Position numbers and translations under genes: made by a program. A DNA stretch of 64,000 nucleotides from Minisyncoccota bacterium (GTDB taxonomy: Bacteria; Patescibacteriota; Minisyncoccia; Phycocordibacterales; UBA918): contig JALHRC010000004.1 in the NCBI GenBank assembly GCA_022841645.1, positions 4,078 through 68,077 of the forward strand. Direction: 5' to 3'. Positions 20,029-30,342 of this stretch are shown piece after piece (position 1 is the first letter of the stretch; every line of letters begins with the position of its first letter). The notes under the pieces were generated by a model. That model saw nothing but the letters and a program-made list of their open reading frames with translations, did not search any database and was not told where the DNA came from.

Positions 20029-20988
20029 CTAGAAACTGACGACCACATCAGATTGTGCGCCCTGCAAGACATTTGTGGTATTACGAACATGGAATGATAC
20101 ATTACTAGAGCCCTCTACATTGCTGCGACTGATTGTTATCGCGTAAGGGTTGTTATCACTACCAATACTAGGTATGCCACCGATACTCCACTCAGCTATA
20201 TCAGGTTCGTTAAAAGTTAAGATATCTAGATAGTAGGGGTGGGCAGTAATAGTGGTGCTTTGCGAGATCAAATTGAGATCAGTGATCGGCCACGGACTAA
20301 GGCCAAGCAAACTGCTCTCCTCATGGAAACGTAGTTCAGGATCACTATTTGTAAGATAGATTGTTCGTTCTGCAATGACCCCTACACCAATTTTTTCAAC
20401 CTCAAGTTCGACATAGGCATCCCCCCACGGCATAACAAATGACACCATTGATCGCCCACGTACTGGGCCGTCAAACAGTATTTTGTTGTTGACACGCCAG
20501 GTATAGACCAGTTCAGCTAGATCGCCACCACTTTCCATGCGTGCAGTAACATTGACTTGGCTGCCGTGGCTCGGAACAGCTCGCGCCCCATAAAACGAGG
20601 GGACGTATGTTTGTGGTTCAACAATTAAGTCGAGATAGCGAGGCGTGATAGTTTGTCGGGCCTCATTGATAAGACCGTTACCGTTTTCAGTATAGCTTAC
20701 TATCTGAAGCGACTGACCGTCGTCGGGCGCCGTGAGTGTTATTTTCCGTTCGTTCTGCCATTCGCGGCGTTCAACGCTGTTAACAAACCAACGAATACCC
20801 CCACCGCTTCCACCAGCAGCATAGTCATCAATCTGGGCAGTGAAAGCAGTATGCGGCGGCGGAAGTGCAGGTGAAATGATAATTTTTGGTGCACCGTCAT
20901 TTACTTGCTGCGTCAATTGCGCAACCACAGATTGATGGGGGAGAAATATGCCACTAACAACAAGGTAGAGAATACCTAAGCGTTTCAT
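20029..20988 (-). CDS. Secreted Ig/beta-sandwich-like hypothetical protein
   Basis: Signal peptide; TYVPSFYGARAVP and YTWRVN beta-rich repeats. Confidence 0.7.
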   Translation of the reverse strand: MKRLGILYLVVSGIFLPHQSVVAQLTQQVNDGAPKIIISPALPPPHTAFTAQIDDYAAGGSGGGIRWFVNSVERREWQNERKITLTAPDDGQSLQIVSYTENGNGLINEARQTITPRYLDLIVEPQTYVPSFYGARAVPSHGSQVNVTARMESGGDLAELVYTWRVNNKILFDGPVRGRSMVSFVMPWGDAYVELEVEKIGVGVIAERTIYLTNSDPELRFHEESSLLGLSPWPITDLNLISQSTTITAHPYYLDILTFNEPDIAEWSIGGIPSIGSDNNPYAITISRSNVEGSSNVSFHVRNTTNVLQGAQSDVVVSF

Positions 20989-21040
20989 TGGTCTAATCAT
21001 AGCAAAGTCAGGGGGCTAAGTGTGCAGTACTTACCCCCTA

Positions 21041-21856
21041 CTACCGCGGATAGCGTAGCATCGCAAGAAGATAAAAAATGAGCCAGGGAAACAGATTTGC
21101 TATAGGCACCGCGTACCCCACGATGCTAAGTAGCAGTAAACCGATTTTTAAACTACTCTTCTCACCAAATAGCGGCCGCTGGTGGCATAAAATATAAACG
21201 ACCACTACAGTAAATAGTATAAACAAAAATATACCTAATAAAACAATCTGGACTGCCATTGCAGCGCCCAGAAACCCACCAGTAAAGTTGGTTCCAAAGA
21301 TACCATTAAACAGGCTGGTCGCGGAACCAAGGACACTGAGCGTTAGCCGTCCGAGCCACGAGGCATTGAGTGATATTTCAAGTGCCAGAAACGCAAGAGC
21401 AATTCCCGCGATTGTTATCTGTACACTTGCCCAAAACGACAAATAGAGCGTTATTATAAGGCGTGTCAGGCTTTGATAGTGGAGTCGATTGAGGGCAACA
21501 GTTCGCGGAACAACACCCTGACTGTACTCGTGGGTAGTCAGGTCCGCAATCAGCGCCGCCTCTTCTTGTTGACGTAAGGCAGCCTTCCGCGCCTCTAGGT
21601 GGGCGCGCTCCTGCGCCAGCTCGATCTGGTAGCGTCTGCGTTCCTCCACTTCCGCTTCTGCTACCGTTTGTGCGTAAACATTTTGTTCACTGCTTAGTAA
21701 ACGTTCCCCCGTGAGGCGTTTGCTCTGGTCCTCAGTAAAACGCTTGTTCGTAGGTGTACCAGTGGGGGCACGTTTTCCGCGATCAACCGTTACCGTATTT
21801 TGCCAATCAGGCACGGCCTTTTTTTCTAGCTCTGCTTTGGAGAGTGGCCTAGCCAT
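21041..21856 (-). CDS. Hypothetical membrane protein (coiled coil + TM helices)
   Basis: Charged N-terminus, hydrophobic C-terminal half; upstream TACAAT. Confidence 0.7.
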   Translation of the reverse strand: MARPLSKAELEKKAVPDWQNTVTVDRGKRAPTGTPTNKRFTEDQSKRLTGERLLSSEQNVYAQTVAEAEVEERRRYQIELAQERAHLEARKAALRQQEEAALIADLTTHEYSQGVVPRTVALNRLHYQSLTRLIITLYLSFWASVQITIAGIALAFLALEISLNASWLGRLTLSVLGSATSLFNGIFGTNFTGGFLGAAMAVQIVLLGIFLFILFTVVVVYILCHQRPLFGEKSSLKIGLLLLSIVGYAVPIANLFPWLIFYLLAMLRYPR

Positions 21857-21881
21857 GTCCTCATTGTACTACGAACGACTC

Positions 21882-23678
21882 TTAGCCCCGACTAGCGCGT
21901 AGCTCGTCACGCGATTTGCGGATCTGGAGGAGTTGTGAGGGGTCAGAGGTGATGATTTGATCCTCGGTATAAGAAGCTTCGATCTTGATCGCAATGTGTT
22001 TGAGGCCAGCAAAAAAGATGCCCTCCCCCACACCACTTTCAAGGAGCAAGTACTTCTCTTCGTCCGTCAGATTAAAGGTTTTTTGAATGTTATCAATCGC
22101 TGTCGGGGATTGTTTCATGAGAAGCTGGAGGCTCGAGTTTGTAATCATCGGGACCCCGTAAGGTGAGCGCAAGAAATCGTCCACGTCCTGAGTAATGGTT
22201 GCTATACCAAGGTAGTATTTACGGCCGCGCTTCGCGAGACTAAAAAGGAACGAAGCTGTATCTTCAGATTTCATCATCCACCATGCCTCGTCGATAACGA
22301 GAAGACGTTTGGTGAGTCGGCGGCGCACTGCGCTCCAAATGAAGTTCGTCACGATATACATGGCGATGGTTTTAAGCTCGTCCTCCATGTCGCGGAGCGA
22401 GAACACCACAAACTTTTGGTTGATGTCGACGTTGGTAGGTTGATTCATAAAGCCCGACCAGGTGCCTGAGGTGTATTTTTGTAGTCGTGAAATGAGTGAA
22501 GCGCTTCCTTCCATGCCAGCCAGTACCATTTCAAAATCGGAAAGGAGAGGTGGTTCTTGTCCCGCAAAGTCAGCGTCACCCGTGATGTCCTTAAGGGCGT
22601 AGGTTTCGTTAATAGCGAGGTCAACAATCGTTTCCTCTTCCGGCGAAAGACCGCCAAGCATGAGACGGAAGAGACCAATGAGTTCAATCACATGGCTACG
22701 CAATACGTCTTTAGGGTTTTCATCGGCCTGGGGTGCTGGCAGGTCAAACGGATTGATATGGTGGTCAGAGGAAAGCGAGATGTTGAAAAAGCGTCCGCCA
22801 GTCGCTTCGGCCAGATACTCATACTCGCGCTCGGGGTCAAGCACAATCACTTCGGTGCCGAACATAAGAGAGCGGAGAATTTCGAGCTTGAGTGCATACG
22901 ACTTCCCTGCCCCTGAGGTAGCAAACGTAACCGAATTGTAATTGGTAAGGCTAAAGCGATCAAAAATAACCAGCGAGGAGTTGTGACGATTGATCCCGTA
23001 CATAATGCCGGTGTCGGAGGTGAGGTCAAATGAGGTAAAGGGAAAGAAGCTTGATAGCGGTGAAGAATTGAACTTGTTGTGAACAAGCAGCCCGTCGCTG
23101 GCTAAGGGAACAATACTCTGCATACCTTTTTCTTGTTCAAAATAGCCTGGTTTAACGTAAATAAGGCGGGAATCCAAGAGACCCTTGAGGTCATTTTCGG
23201 CGATATTGAGTGCTGCTTCGTCAGTGCCATAGAGGCAAATGTACAGGCCGACGTCAAAGATTCTTTCTTCCGATTGTTGCAATCGGTCACGCATATCTTC
23301 GATATTTTGGTAGGCGGCTTCGAGTTGGGGGTCACGCACTTCCCCCCGCTCGGCCTTGATGCTGATTTGACTCTGCACCTCGGCTACTTTCTTTTGGAGC
23401 TTCTTCAGCATGTCGGCGGTATTGATGGGGTGAATGAAGATCGAGATGTCGAGCTCGCGTTCGAGGTTGGTGACGGGCTGTAGCCAACCATCGGTAAGGG
23501 TGCGCGGGTAGGAAATGGTGTAAAACACCCGAGCGCTGACACCACCCAAATTGATGTTGCGGGGACTAATCTCCACCACTGATGGAGCAATAACGTCGGT
23601 AATTGTAAGGAGGTGGCCAGCTGGGTCAGTAATACCCTCGCTGATCTTTTTGCTTCTGAAGATGTCAAAGAGTCCCAT
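21882..23678 (-). CDS. virB4: VirB4-like T4SS ATPase
   Basis: GINRHNSSLVIFDRF, ATSGAGKS, DPEREY, INPFD, IDEAW and RKY..ITQDV. Confidence 0.92.
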   Translation of the reverse strand: MGLFDIFRSKKISEGITDPAGHLLTITDVIAPSVVEISPRNINLGGVSARVFYTISYPRTLTDGWLQPVTNLERELDISIFIHPINTADMLKKLQKKVAEVQSQISIKAERGEVRDPQLEAAYQNIEDMRDRLQQSEERIFDVGLYICLYGTDEAALNIAENDLKGLLDSRLIYVKPGYFEQEKGMQSIVPLASDGLLVHNKFNSSPLSSFFPFTSFDLTSDTGIMYGINRHNSSLVIFDRFSLTNYNSVTFATSGAGKSYALKLEILRSLMFGTEVIVLDPEREYEYLAEATGGRFFNISLSSDHHINPFDLPAPQADENPKDVLRSHVIELIGLFRLMLGGLSPEEETIVDLAINETYALKDITGDADFAGQEPPLLSDFEMVLAGMEGSASLISRLQKYTSGTWSGFMNQPTNVDINQKFVVFSLRDMEDELKTIAMYIVTNFIWSAVRRRLTKRLLVIDEAWWMMKSEDTASFLFSLAKRGRKYYLGIATITQDVDDFLRSPYGVPMITNSSLQLLMKQSPTAIDNIQKTFNLTDEEKYLLLESGVGEGIFFAGLKHIAIKIEASYTEDQIITSDPSQLLQIRKSRDELRASRG

Positions 23679-23686
23679 ACAAATAA

Positions 23687-24319
23687 TTAACGATCAGCCA
23701 CTGGGGCGTGGGCGGTTGGCTCCCCTGGGTTGTAGACGTGGAAAAAGAACTCCACCAACTCGTCGTTACCGAGCGCAATCGTACGGATGCCCATTTGTAG
23801 CAATCCTTGCTCGATAATGGCAGTTCGTTGGTCGAGTTGCAGTCGCTGCTCTTCAAAACGCAGTTCGCCGGTTACCGCGCCCTTTCCTTTGGAAAGGATG
23901 GCACCAAAATTTTTAGAAATATTGAGGGGAGCAGCTGTATAAGGTACCACCACAAAAAAGCTTTTTGCCATCACGTTGTTGTCAGTGGTAAATTTTTTGA
24001 TGTACAAAAGATATTCACGTAGCTGCACGCGCATGAGGTCGTTGTCTTGCTTCTCCTCAAGCGCCCGTAGAGTATCAAGGTAGGGATCAATATTCATGCG
24101 TCGCGATTGAATGTAAATCTGGAGGCTAAAGTCGAGGGTATTAAGAAAGTTTTGAAACTGGAGCAGAAGCGCTTGTTGTTCGTCCTGCGATTTTAGGGCA
24201 AAGTTGACCGAAGAGGCTAATAAAATGCGACACAACTGCCCGCTTTTTAGGATCACTACCCCATCACGAATATCGCGAATGGTGACAAAGTCTTGGCTGG
24301 CGGGAGTAGCTTTTGGCAT
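23687..24319 (-). CDS. VirB4-associated (TraC-like N-terminal) protein
   Basis: NFALKS.DEQ...FQNFLN.LDF.LQI; sits between prgI and virB4. Confidence 0.75.
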   Translation of the reverse strand: MPKATPASQDFVTIRDIRDGVVILKSGQLCRILLASSVNFALKSQDEQQALLLQFQNFLNTLDFSLQIYIQSRRMNIDPYLDTLRALEEKQDNDLMRVQLREYLLYIKKFTTDNNVMAKSFFVVVPYTAAPLNISKNFGAILSKGKGAVTGELRFEEQRLQLDQRTAIIEQGLLQMGIRTIALGNDELVEFFFHVYNPGEPTAHAPVADR

Positions 24320-24321
24320 GG

Positions 24322-24741
24322 TTATTCTTTTTTCTGGAGCGCTTGCATTTCAAGCGAGCGGGCAAGTGAGGTGATAGAGAGTCGTGGTCGGTGTGATGCC
24401 GGTATATCTTTAAGGAGGAGATCTTCCTCGCTGTGGTTTGGTGCAGCGGTGTACATCACTTCACCACGGCGTCGCCAGAGGTAGAGACGGGCTTGGCTGA
24501 AATAGAGGAACATTGCTTCGAGGAAATATTCTAAACGACGATTATTGACTTGGTAAAAGGCTAAAGCTAGGGCAAAGCTTCCAAGCGGTATGCCTAAAAG
24601 TACGAACACCCAAAAGGGGGTAGTAAGAAAGAGTACTACTCCCATCCCTATTCCGCCACCTAGATAGATAAACTGCCGCCAGGTGAAGGGGCCAAAGACC
24701 TTGTCTTCGATTTCAATGAACTGTGGCACGTCAAAACGCAT
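24322..24741 (-). CDS. prgI: PrgI family (VirB3-like) protein
   Basis: F.VPQFIEIEDKVFGPFTWRQF, two TM helices and YLWR. Confidence 0.9.
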   Translation of the reverse strand: MRFDVPQFIEIEDKVFGPFTWRQFIYLGGGIGMGVVLFLTTPFWVFVLLGIPLGSFALALAFYQVNNRRLEYFLEAMFLYFSQARLYLWRRRGEVMYTAAPNHSEEDLLLKDIPASHRPRLSITSLARSLEMQALQKKE

Positions 24742-24821
24742 ACGACTACATTATACACGGGCGGCAGTGAGGTATCTGCCTCACCGTCGCCCGTGTATCC
24801 CCAACCACGTAGCTTTGTTAC

Positions 24822-25424
24822 CTATTTTCGTTCAGCACTTTCCCACTGTGGTACGTCGCCTCCCTTACGTGGTGTCCCTGGGCGCAGCAGGGTTGGCTGT
24901 TCTGAAACATGTACCGATGCGTCGTGGTGCTCTTGGCTCTGGAGATCCTCCATGTCCCGCGCCATGGTGCGGGATGGTGCAATGCGTGCCAGTGCTTCTT
25001 CAGCCTCAGCTATATCATTTTCCATTACGGTAGTGGTCGCCACGGGAGTGGATGGTATCGGCGGTACCGCAGTCACTGTAACCGATGCCTTATTATCAGC
25101 AGTTCTCTCTTCTTGCGGCGGTTGCCAATTAGAATCATTGAGGGGCTCCAAAGAATCCAGTAAGTCGGCAGTTATACGCAAAGCTTGTACATCAGAAATA
25201 GCCAGACTTTCCTTCAGAAGTCGAGGCAAATCCGTTTGAGGATAAAAGCCTAGAATAACGTCACCGATAATTAAGGCGTATGAGCTATATTGATCTTCAG
25301 TCAATCCGTTTTTTACAAAAATTTCTCGTAGTTTTTTTCCAGCACCAACATGCCCATACAAATATTTTTGTGCGGGTGTTCCATTTGTGTGGCGTTTATG
25401 GCGCTCTTGTTCTGTTGGTGACAT
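24822..25424 (-). CDS. Hypothetical protein in T4SS-like cluster
   Basis: IGDVILG..P and RTMARDM motifs; in operon. Confidence 0.7.
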   Translation of the reverse strand: MSPTEQERHKRHTNGTPAQKYLYGHVGAGKKLREIFVKNGLTEDQYSSYALIIGDVILGFYPQTDLPRLLKESLAISDVQALRITADLLDSLEPLNDSNWQPPQEERTADNKASVTVTAVPPIPSTPVATTTVMENDIAEAEEALARIAPSRTMARDMEDLQSQEHHDASVHVSEQPTLLRPGTPRKGGDVPQWESAERK

Positions 25425-25429
25425 AAGAG

Positions 25430-27634
25430 CTAGAAGCTACGGCCTTGAGGAGTGTTAGTAAGCCAGTCATGTGCAATGTGTCCCGCAGGTGTGGCGGCCG
25501 CCGCTATAATATGGTCCCTTATTTCCTTTCTTTCTTTAGCATTAAGTACTTTGGCAATTTCGCCCAGTGCCCCACCAGTCAAGTGATTACGAATTTCAGC
25601 ACGATTGAGGATGGATTTTGGTAATTTAGCAATTTCTTCATTGTTTTTAAATTTGTTTAAGAAGGCCGGTATGCCACCCATACTGGCAGCTGTGTTGAAT
25701 GCGCTTACTAAGCCGGCAGTGTGAATATTAATAATTCGTTCCTTCTCAGTTTCAGTAAAGTCGTTACTCTTTTTAATGTCGTCAATTTGGCTAAAGGTGA
25801 GTTCGGTGGCGAGTGGTAACATGCCTGCGGCGCGGTCCTCTGTAAGTTTCCGTTCCCCAAGAACTTTAAGTTGACTAGAACTGGCCTTCTTAAGTCCTTT
25901 ATCAAGCGCAGCGTCGTCGCTCATGCCAGTGCGTGCAGCTGCCGCCGCAGCTTCCGCAGCGGCAGCTGTACCACCAGCAGCAATAACAGTATCTCGAGCC
26001 TTGTTGGCTTCTTCTGTACGAGCCCGCTCCTGCAGGGAGCCTGTAATAGATTCCTGGCGGGCAGTAGTTATGGCTGCCTTTTGTCCATCATTTAGATCCT
26101 CGTCCTTTGCTTTCATTAGAGCGTCATACTGGGGGGCAGAGAGACTAGCAATAAAAGCTTTGTATTCCGGAGAGCCTTCCTTCATGCCACCAAGCACTTT
26201 AAGGACCTGTTCGTTAGAGGCACTAGAGATTGCCCGTTCCATGGCAACTTTCTGATCAGGGGTAGCTCCGCTTGCTGAACCTGCTGTAACGGCACTTGAA
26301 ATAGTGCCGACTGCCTTCTTCCGGGCCATAAATCTATCGCGTTCATCGGAAGCATCACTAGCAGATTTCCAGGATGTAGATCCACCAAACTTTGCTTCTT
26401 TGGCAGATTTGGCAATACCTCGAAGGGAGCTGTCGCTTCGTACGCCCCAACCCTCAAGTTTTCCGTCAGCATATTTTCCAAACCGACCGACGCTATTTCT
26501 TCCCACAAAACTTTGTGCACTACCACGCATTTTATTCCCAAGATTAATCGCAGTACTCGCGCCGGCAATACTGAGCTTATTTGCAAATATCACCGAAGCC
26601 AGTAGGAAACCGCAGGCAATGAAGAATGTGGCAAATGCTTGAATGCCCCCAGCCGCCGCCGGGTCGCCACTGATTCCCGCCGAGCCGGTGATAGCGTCAA
26701 ACAGGCTGCTACGATTGGCTCCTTGTTGCGTGTTCTGGGCAGCCTGCATGGCTTGCATGACGCGCAAGGCCATATAGATCATCAGCAAAAAAACCGGTGC
26801 GAAAAAAATGTACGAAAAAAGCTGCTTGACGTATTTATCGGTCATCCCGCCCAGGCTGGGGAGCACTAATTTGAGGAACAAGAGCGGCGAGAGAATCATA
26901 AAAATATTGAGGGCAATAAAGCGTACAAGCAGGAGCACTCCGCCGACCGCAAAGCTGAAAGCTGCAATAATAAAAAGAATCAGCACGAGAAAAACGTACG
27001 AGAAGTGAGGAGTGTCGCGCTGCCAAAAGTTACCCCCCTGCCACACTGTCTGTAGCCCCATGCTGTCAAGAAACGCCAGCGACACGTTGGCGCGCCCAGC
27101 ACTGTCTACGAGGCCCAGCTGGGCTATTTGGACAGCGGCAATATTGGTGAAGTCAATGGCTGCCTTGACAAAAAAGAGGCTAAAATTTACCAGGAGGGCT
27201 GCAATCACTAGGTTGATCAAGGCTTTCTTAGCCGAGGCACTCTCCGCATCCCAAATGAGGCGCAACGCAATGTAAACGAGCCCAAAAATAAACGTTAGGT
27301 TGAAGATATCACGAACAAATTCCCATAGATTATTGACCGCTATGCCAAGTCCGCCGCCGGAGAAGCTTCGCCCAAAATCGACGATGTAGTTGGTAATTGA
27401 CCAATCCAAGAAGCTGCCCGTGATCCAAACAAGCAGGCCGAAGACTTGCACTACGAGTGACCACAAAAGGGCAGCAATGAAGTCATAGGCGACACCAAGA
27501 GGGTTCGGGGTGCCGGTACCCTGCGCAAATACCTCAACGGGCAGTAAGGACAGTACCACAGCAGCCGCAAGCAAATACGCCACAGAGCCGATACTGCCAA
27601 AAAAGAAGCGGCGGCGATGGAAACGTGTAACCAT
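25430..27634 (-). CDS. VirB6/TrbL-like polytopic membrane protein with long soluble tail
   Basis: WEFVRDIFNL.FIF.L.YIA, ALLVNFSLF..K..ID..N and SPL motifs. Confidence 0.8.
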   Translation of the reverse strand: MVTRFHRRRFFFGSIGSVAYLLAAAVVLSLLPVEVFAQGTGTPNPLGVAYDFIAALLWSLVVQVFGLLVWITGSFLDWSITNYIVDFGRSFSGGGLGIAVNNLWEFVRDIFNLTFIFGLVYIALRLIWDAESASAKKALINLVIAALLVNFSLFFVKAAIDFTNIAAVQIAQLGLVDSAGRANVSLAFLDSMGLQTVWQGGNFWQRDTPHFSYVFLVLILFIIAAFSFAVGGVLLLVRFIALNIFMILSPLLFLKLVLPSLGGMTDKYVKQLFSYIFFAPVFLLMIYMALRVMQAMQAAQNTQQGANRSSLFDAITGSAGISGDPAAAGGIQAFATFFIACGFLLASVIFANKLSIAGASTAINLGNKMRGSAQSFVGRNSVGRFGKYADGKLEGWGVRSDSSLRGIAKSAKEAKFGGSTSWKSASDASDERDRFMARKKAVGTISSAVTAGSASGATPDQKVAMERAISSASNEQVLKVLGGMKEGSPEYKAFIASLSAPQYDALMKAKDEDLNDGQKAAITTARQESITGSLQERARTEEANKARDTVIAAGGTAAAAEAAAAAARTGMSDDAALDKGLKKASSSQLKVLGERKLTEDRAAGMLPLATELTFSQIDDIKKSNDFTETEKERIINIHTAGLVSAFNTAASMGGIPAFLNKFKNNEEIAKLPKSILNRAEIRNHLTGGALGEIAKVLNAKERKEIRDHIIAAAATPAGHIAHDWLTNTPQGRSF

Positions 27635-27636
27635 AC

Positions 27637-29385
27637 CTAATTTGAATAGAGCGGTGTTTGGTTAGTTTTCTTGCTCAAACTGTCAAGTGGTATGCCCCAG
27701 CGGTCGGCGGCGGCCTGTACTTCGTTTGGGGTGTGCAAGTCCGCCTTAATCTCAGGGTACTCTTCCATTAGCACAGCCTCGCGCTCGGCTCGCGTTGTAG
27801 CCTCATCGTAGTCTAGAATTAGATTTTGGAGATCAATGACATTATTTTGGATATCCGGTCGTAGTTCGCGAGCTTCAGCATAGGCCGCTCCGCTGCTACC
27901 TCCTTGGTCGTTCGTATAGCGCGCAATAACGGCGTTCGTGAGTTCAAGGTAGCTTTTTTCATTTTCAAGAGCAGTCATGAGCGTGCCGCGGTGGGAACCG
28001 CCGTCACTTTTTAGACGCATACCTTCAAGACCATATGACCAACGAATGGCCTGTGTCTCAACCTCGTCATCGCTTGGTAACTCGGCTGCCTTAGCAGCGA
28101 GATCTTTTAAGATGGTCACCCGTTGTTCGTCGGTCTTTGCATCTTGCAGCGCGAGGCTGACTTCCTCTAGTGCTAAAGCAATTTTTTCTAGTTCGAGGAC
28201 CTTTTCAGCAGCTTCTTTAAAGGTCGCATCAGCCCGTTTTTGCACCTCGGGATCATTGGTGTACGAGTCGAGATAGCGGTCAATAGTAGTTTCCGCCAGA
28301 TCAAGATAGCGTTTTGTTGCACGTAGTGATTCGTCGAGTAGTTGGACCGCTTGATTGATATTGACTGCCCCATAGAGTTCGTCTTGGAACATATCAATGT
28401 TAAACGATGGATTTTTATACCGACTGTTACCGCCGAGACCCAAAAGCCCGCGCACGCCACTTAGTGCTTGGAGAGCCACTTGACTCATAAAAGCACCAAT
28501 GAGTTCATTGATTTCATCAGCCTCTACCAACGACTCATTACCCAGCTGTAGCGTCTGATTGATTTGGCTGCTAATTACCTGCCCGGGGGTAACAATGCGG
28601 CAGACTTGTGGAGCTACACCCCCGCCGGGCACTGTGCGCGGTGGATCGCAAACTCGTGATGACAAGAAGCCTGCTCCCCACCCGCCGATTGTTAGTTGTT
28701 GTCCACGGGCATTTACAATTCGTGCGTGCAACCCTACGGTTGCTGAAATGCCGGCTCCGTACGGCGTATACACACTGGGGTTAAGAACCACACTGCGCCA
28801 GGCGGGCCACCCACCGGCATTAACATCCCCCCGGATGAAACCCTCTAAATTTTGGAGCATACCACTTAACGTACAGCGCCGCTGTCCTTTGTATCCCCGC
28901 TGGTAAGCAATCGAAACAGCCATTTGCACATCGAGTCGGAAAGGCGAGCAAATAATGGAAAGTTCACCATTCCATAGACTGGTTAGATAAGCAGCTGCTT
29001 CTTCATCGGCCACATCAACTAAAAACTGCCCGAGGTCCTGAATATAGGCGGGGCTGCCTTGAAATCCCGTATTCACCCAGCGAATGGTTTCTCGCATGAT
29101 CTGGGAAATCACAGCCTTAGCAAGGTGCCAGCCAACCGGTCGAATAACGGTGTCCCACCACCACTGCCGAGACGTGAGTGCCAACTGGGCGACGCCGGTG
29201 TAGGCACTGATAGTGCTCTCGATGGAGGTTCTGACCGACGCTAGCCAGGTCATTAAGTCGAACGTCGGCAGCTGCGCCAGTGCGACTTTTGGCTGTAGGC
29301 GTTCGACGGGTTGAGGCACGTACACTGCTACCGTGACAAACACGAAGGTGAGCAACGCAATGAGTGATGTGCTAAGTATCTTCAT
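27637..29385 (-). CDS. Secreted helical protein of the T4SS-like cluster (VirB5-like possible)
   Basis: Signal peptide; WVNTGFQGSP, ICSPF, GFLS, IVTPG..I and ADEINE motifs. Confidence 0.7.
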   Translation of the reverse strand: MKILSTSLIALLTFVFVTVAVYVPQPVERLQPKVALAQLPTFDLMTWLASVRTSIESTISAYTGVAQLALTSRQWWWDTVIRPVGWHLAKAVISQIMRETIRWVNTGFQGSPAYIQDLGQFLVDVADEEAAAYLTSLWNGELSIICSPFRLDVQMAVSIAYQRGYKGQRRCTLSGMLQNLEGFIRGDVNAGGWPAWRSVVLNPSVYTPYGAGISATVGLHARIVNARGQQLTIGGWGAGFLSSRVCDPPRTVPGGGVAPQVCRIVTPGQVISSQINQTLQLGNESLVEADEINELIGAFMSQVALQALSGVRGLLGLGGNSRYKNPSFNIDMFQDELYGAVNINQAVQLLDESLRATKRYLDLAETTIDRYLDSYTNDPEVQKRADATFKEAAEKVLELEKIALALEEVSLALQDAKTDEQRVTILKDLAAKAAELPSDDEVETQAIRWSYGLEGMRLKSDGGSHRGTLMTALENEKSYLELTNAVIARYTNDQGGSSGAAYAEARELRPDIQNNVIDLQNLILDYDEATTRAEREAVLMEEYPEIKADLHTPNEVQAAADRWGIPLDSLSKKTNQTPLYSN

Positions 29386-30284
29386 GGTGTAGGTGTCGCC
29401 ACGGGCATTTGAATGTCACTAAAATTAGCAAAATACAAACCAGGGTCGTTGGCGCTAAAGCTCGGCGCATTATCTTCAAGTGCGTCGTACATTGCCTTCA
29501 TTCCCTGAGCGAGAGCCTCGACACTCACCTCGTAGCGATTGAGGTGAATGAGTGACCGAATCGGGTCGGCCTCGACCATCGTAAAGGCATCAATGTCGTT
29601 AGCCAGCACGTTGAAAACATTAACAAGCTGCAGGTGCTCATCTGCCAGCGATGCTGGTACCGGCAAGGCCAAAAACTGGTCACGATAGCGACGATAAATA
29701 TCGGCTTTAGCACGCAGCGCCGCTGCATCATCGGGGCTACTAGTTTGAACAAATTTTTGTAGTAAGAGTAACTCGTGTGTCATCTGGCTACCTTCACTTG
29801 AAGTGATAGCCAGAGCAGCTGCGTTGGCGTAGTCGCGGATACTGGCGGGGGTTTCAATGGTGGACACTATAACATCAAAACGGTCATACGGTTGCTCTTG
29901 TATCTGAGCTGCCAGTTCTGATGACACACTACCAACCAGCGCTTCGTCTGATTCACCGAGAGAGCCCGAGGCACGTGATAGTAAGTAGCGCTCCATCAGA
30001 CTAATTCCCGCTCGCTCAGTCAGCGTACCACTGCGGGAACTTGAGCCCACATCGTCACTCAAAATAACCGGTGAGGCCGTCAAAAAAGGCTCTTTCCAGT
30101 CTTCGATACCGTCGCGATTGCGGTCTGTTACAGTAATACCGGATCGAGTAGCCACAATGCCAGTTGCGACCGCTGGGTTGTTTTGGGCGGTAGCGTTTAA
30201 GGTGTTGAGCCACCAAGCGGCACAGACAAGTCCAACGCCGACTACAGTCGCACCGAGCACACGGACGTTGATGCCGCGTAGCAT
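29382..30284 (-). CDS. Membrane-anchored hypothetical protein
   Basis: N-terminal TM, DRNRDGIEDWKE Ca-binding-like motif and VP..L...HL..N. Confidence 0.75.
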   Translation of the reverse strand: MLRGINVRVLGATVVGVGLVCAAWWLNTLNATAQNNPAVATGIVATRSGITVTDRNRDGIEDWKEPFLTASPVILSDDVGSSSRSGTLTERAGISLMERYLLSRASGSLGESDEALVGSVSSELAAQIQEQPYDRFDVIVSTIETPASIRDYANAAALAITSSEGSQMTHELLLLQKFVQTSSPDDAAALRAKADIYRRYRDQFLALPVPASLADEHLQLVNVFNVLANDIDAFTMVEADPIRSLIHLNRYEVSVEALAQGMKAMYDALEDNAPSFSANDPGLYFANFSDIQMPVATPTP

Positions 30285-30342
30285 GTGTGTAGTATAGCAG
30301 CTCACGCTAAGTGCAAGACAGACTCTCCCCCAGGACCGTGTA

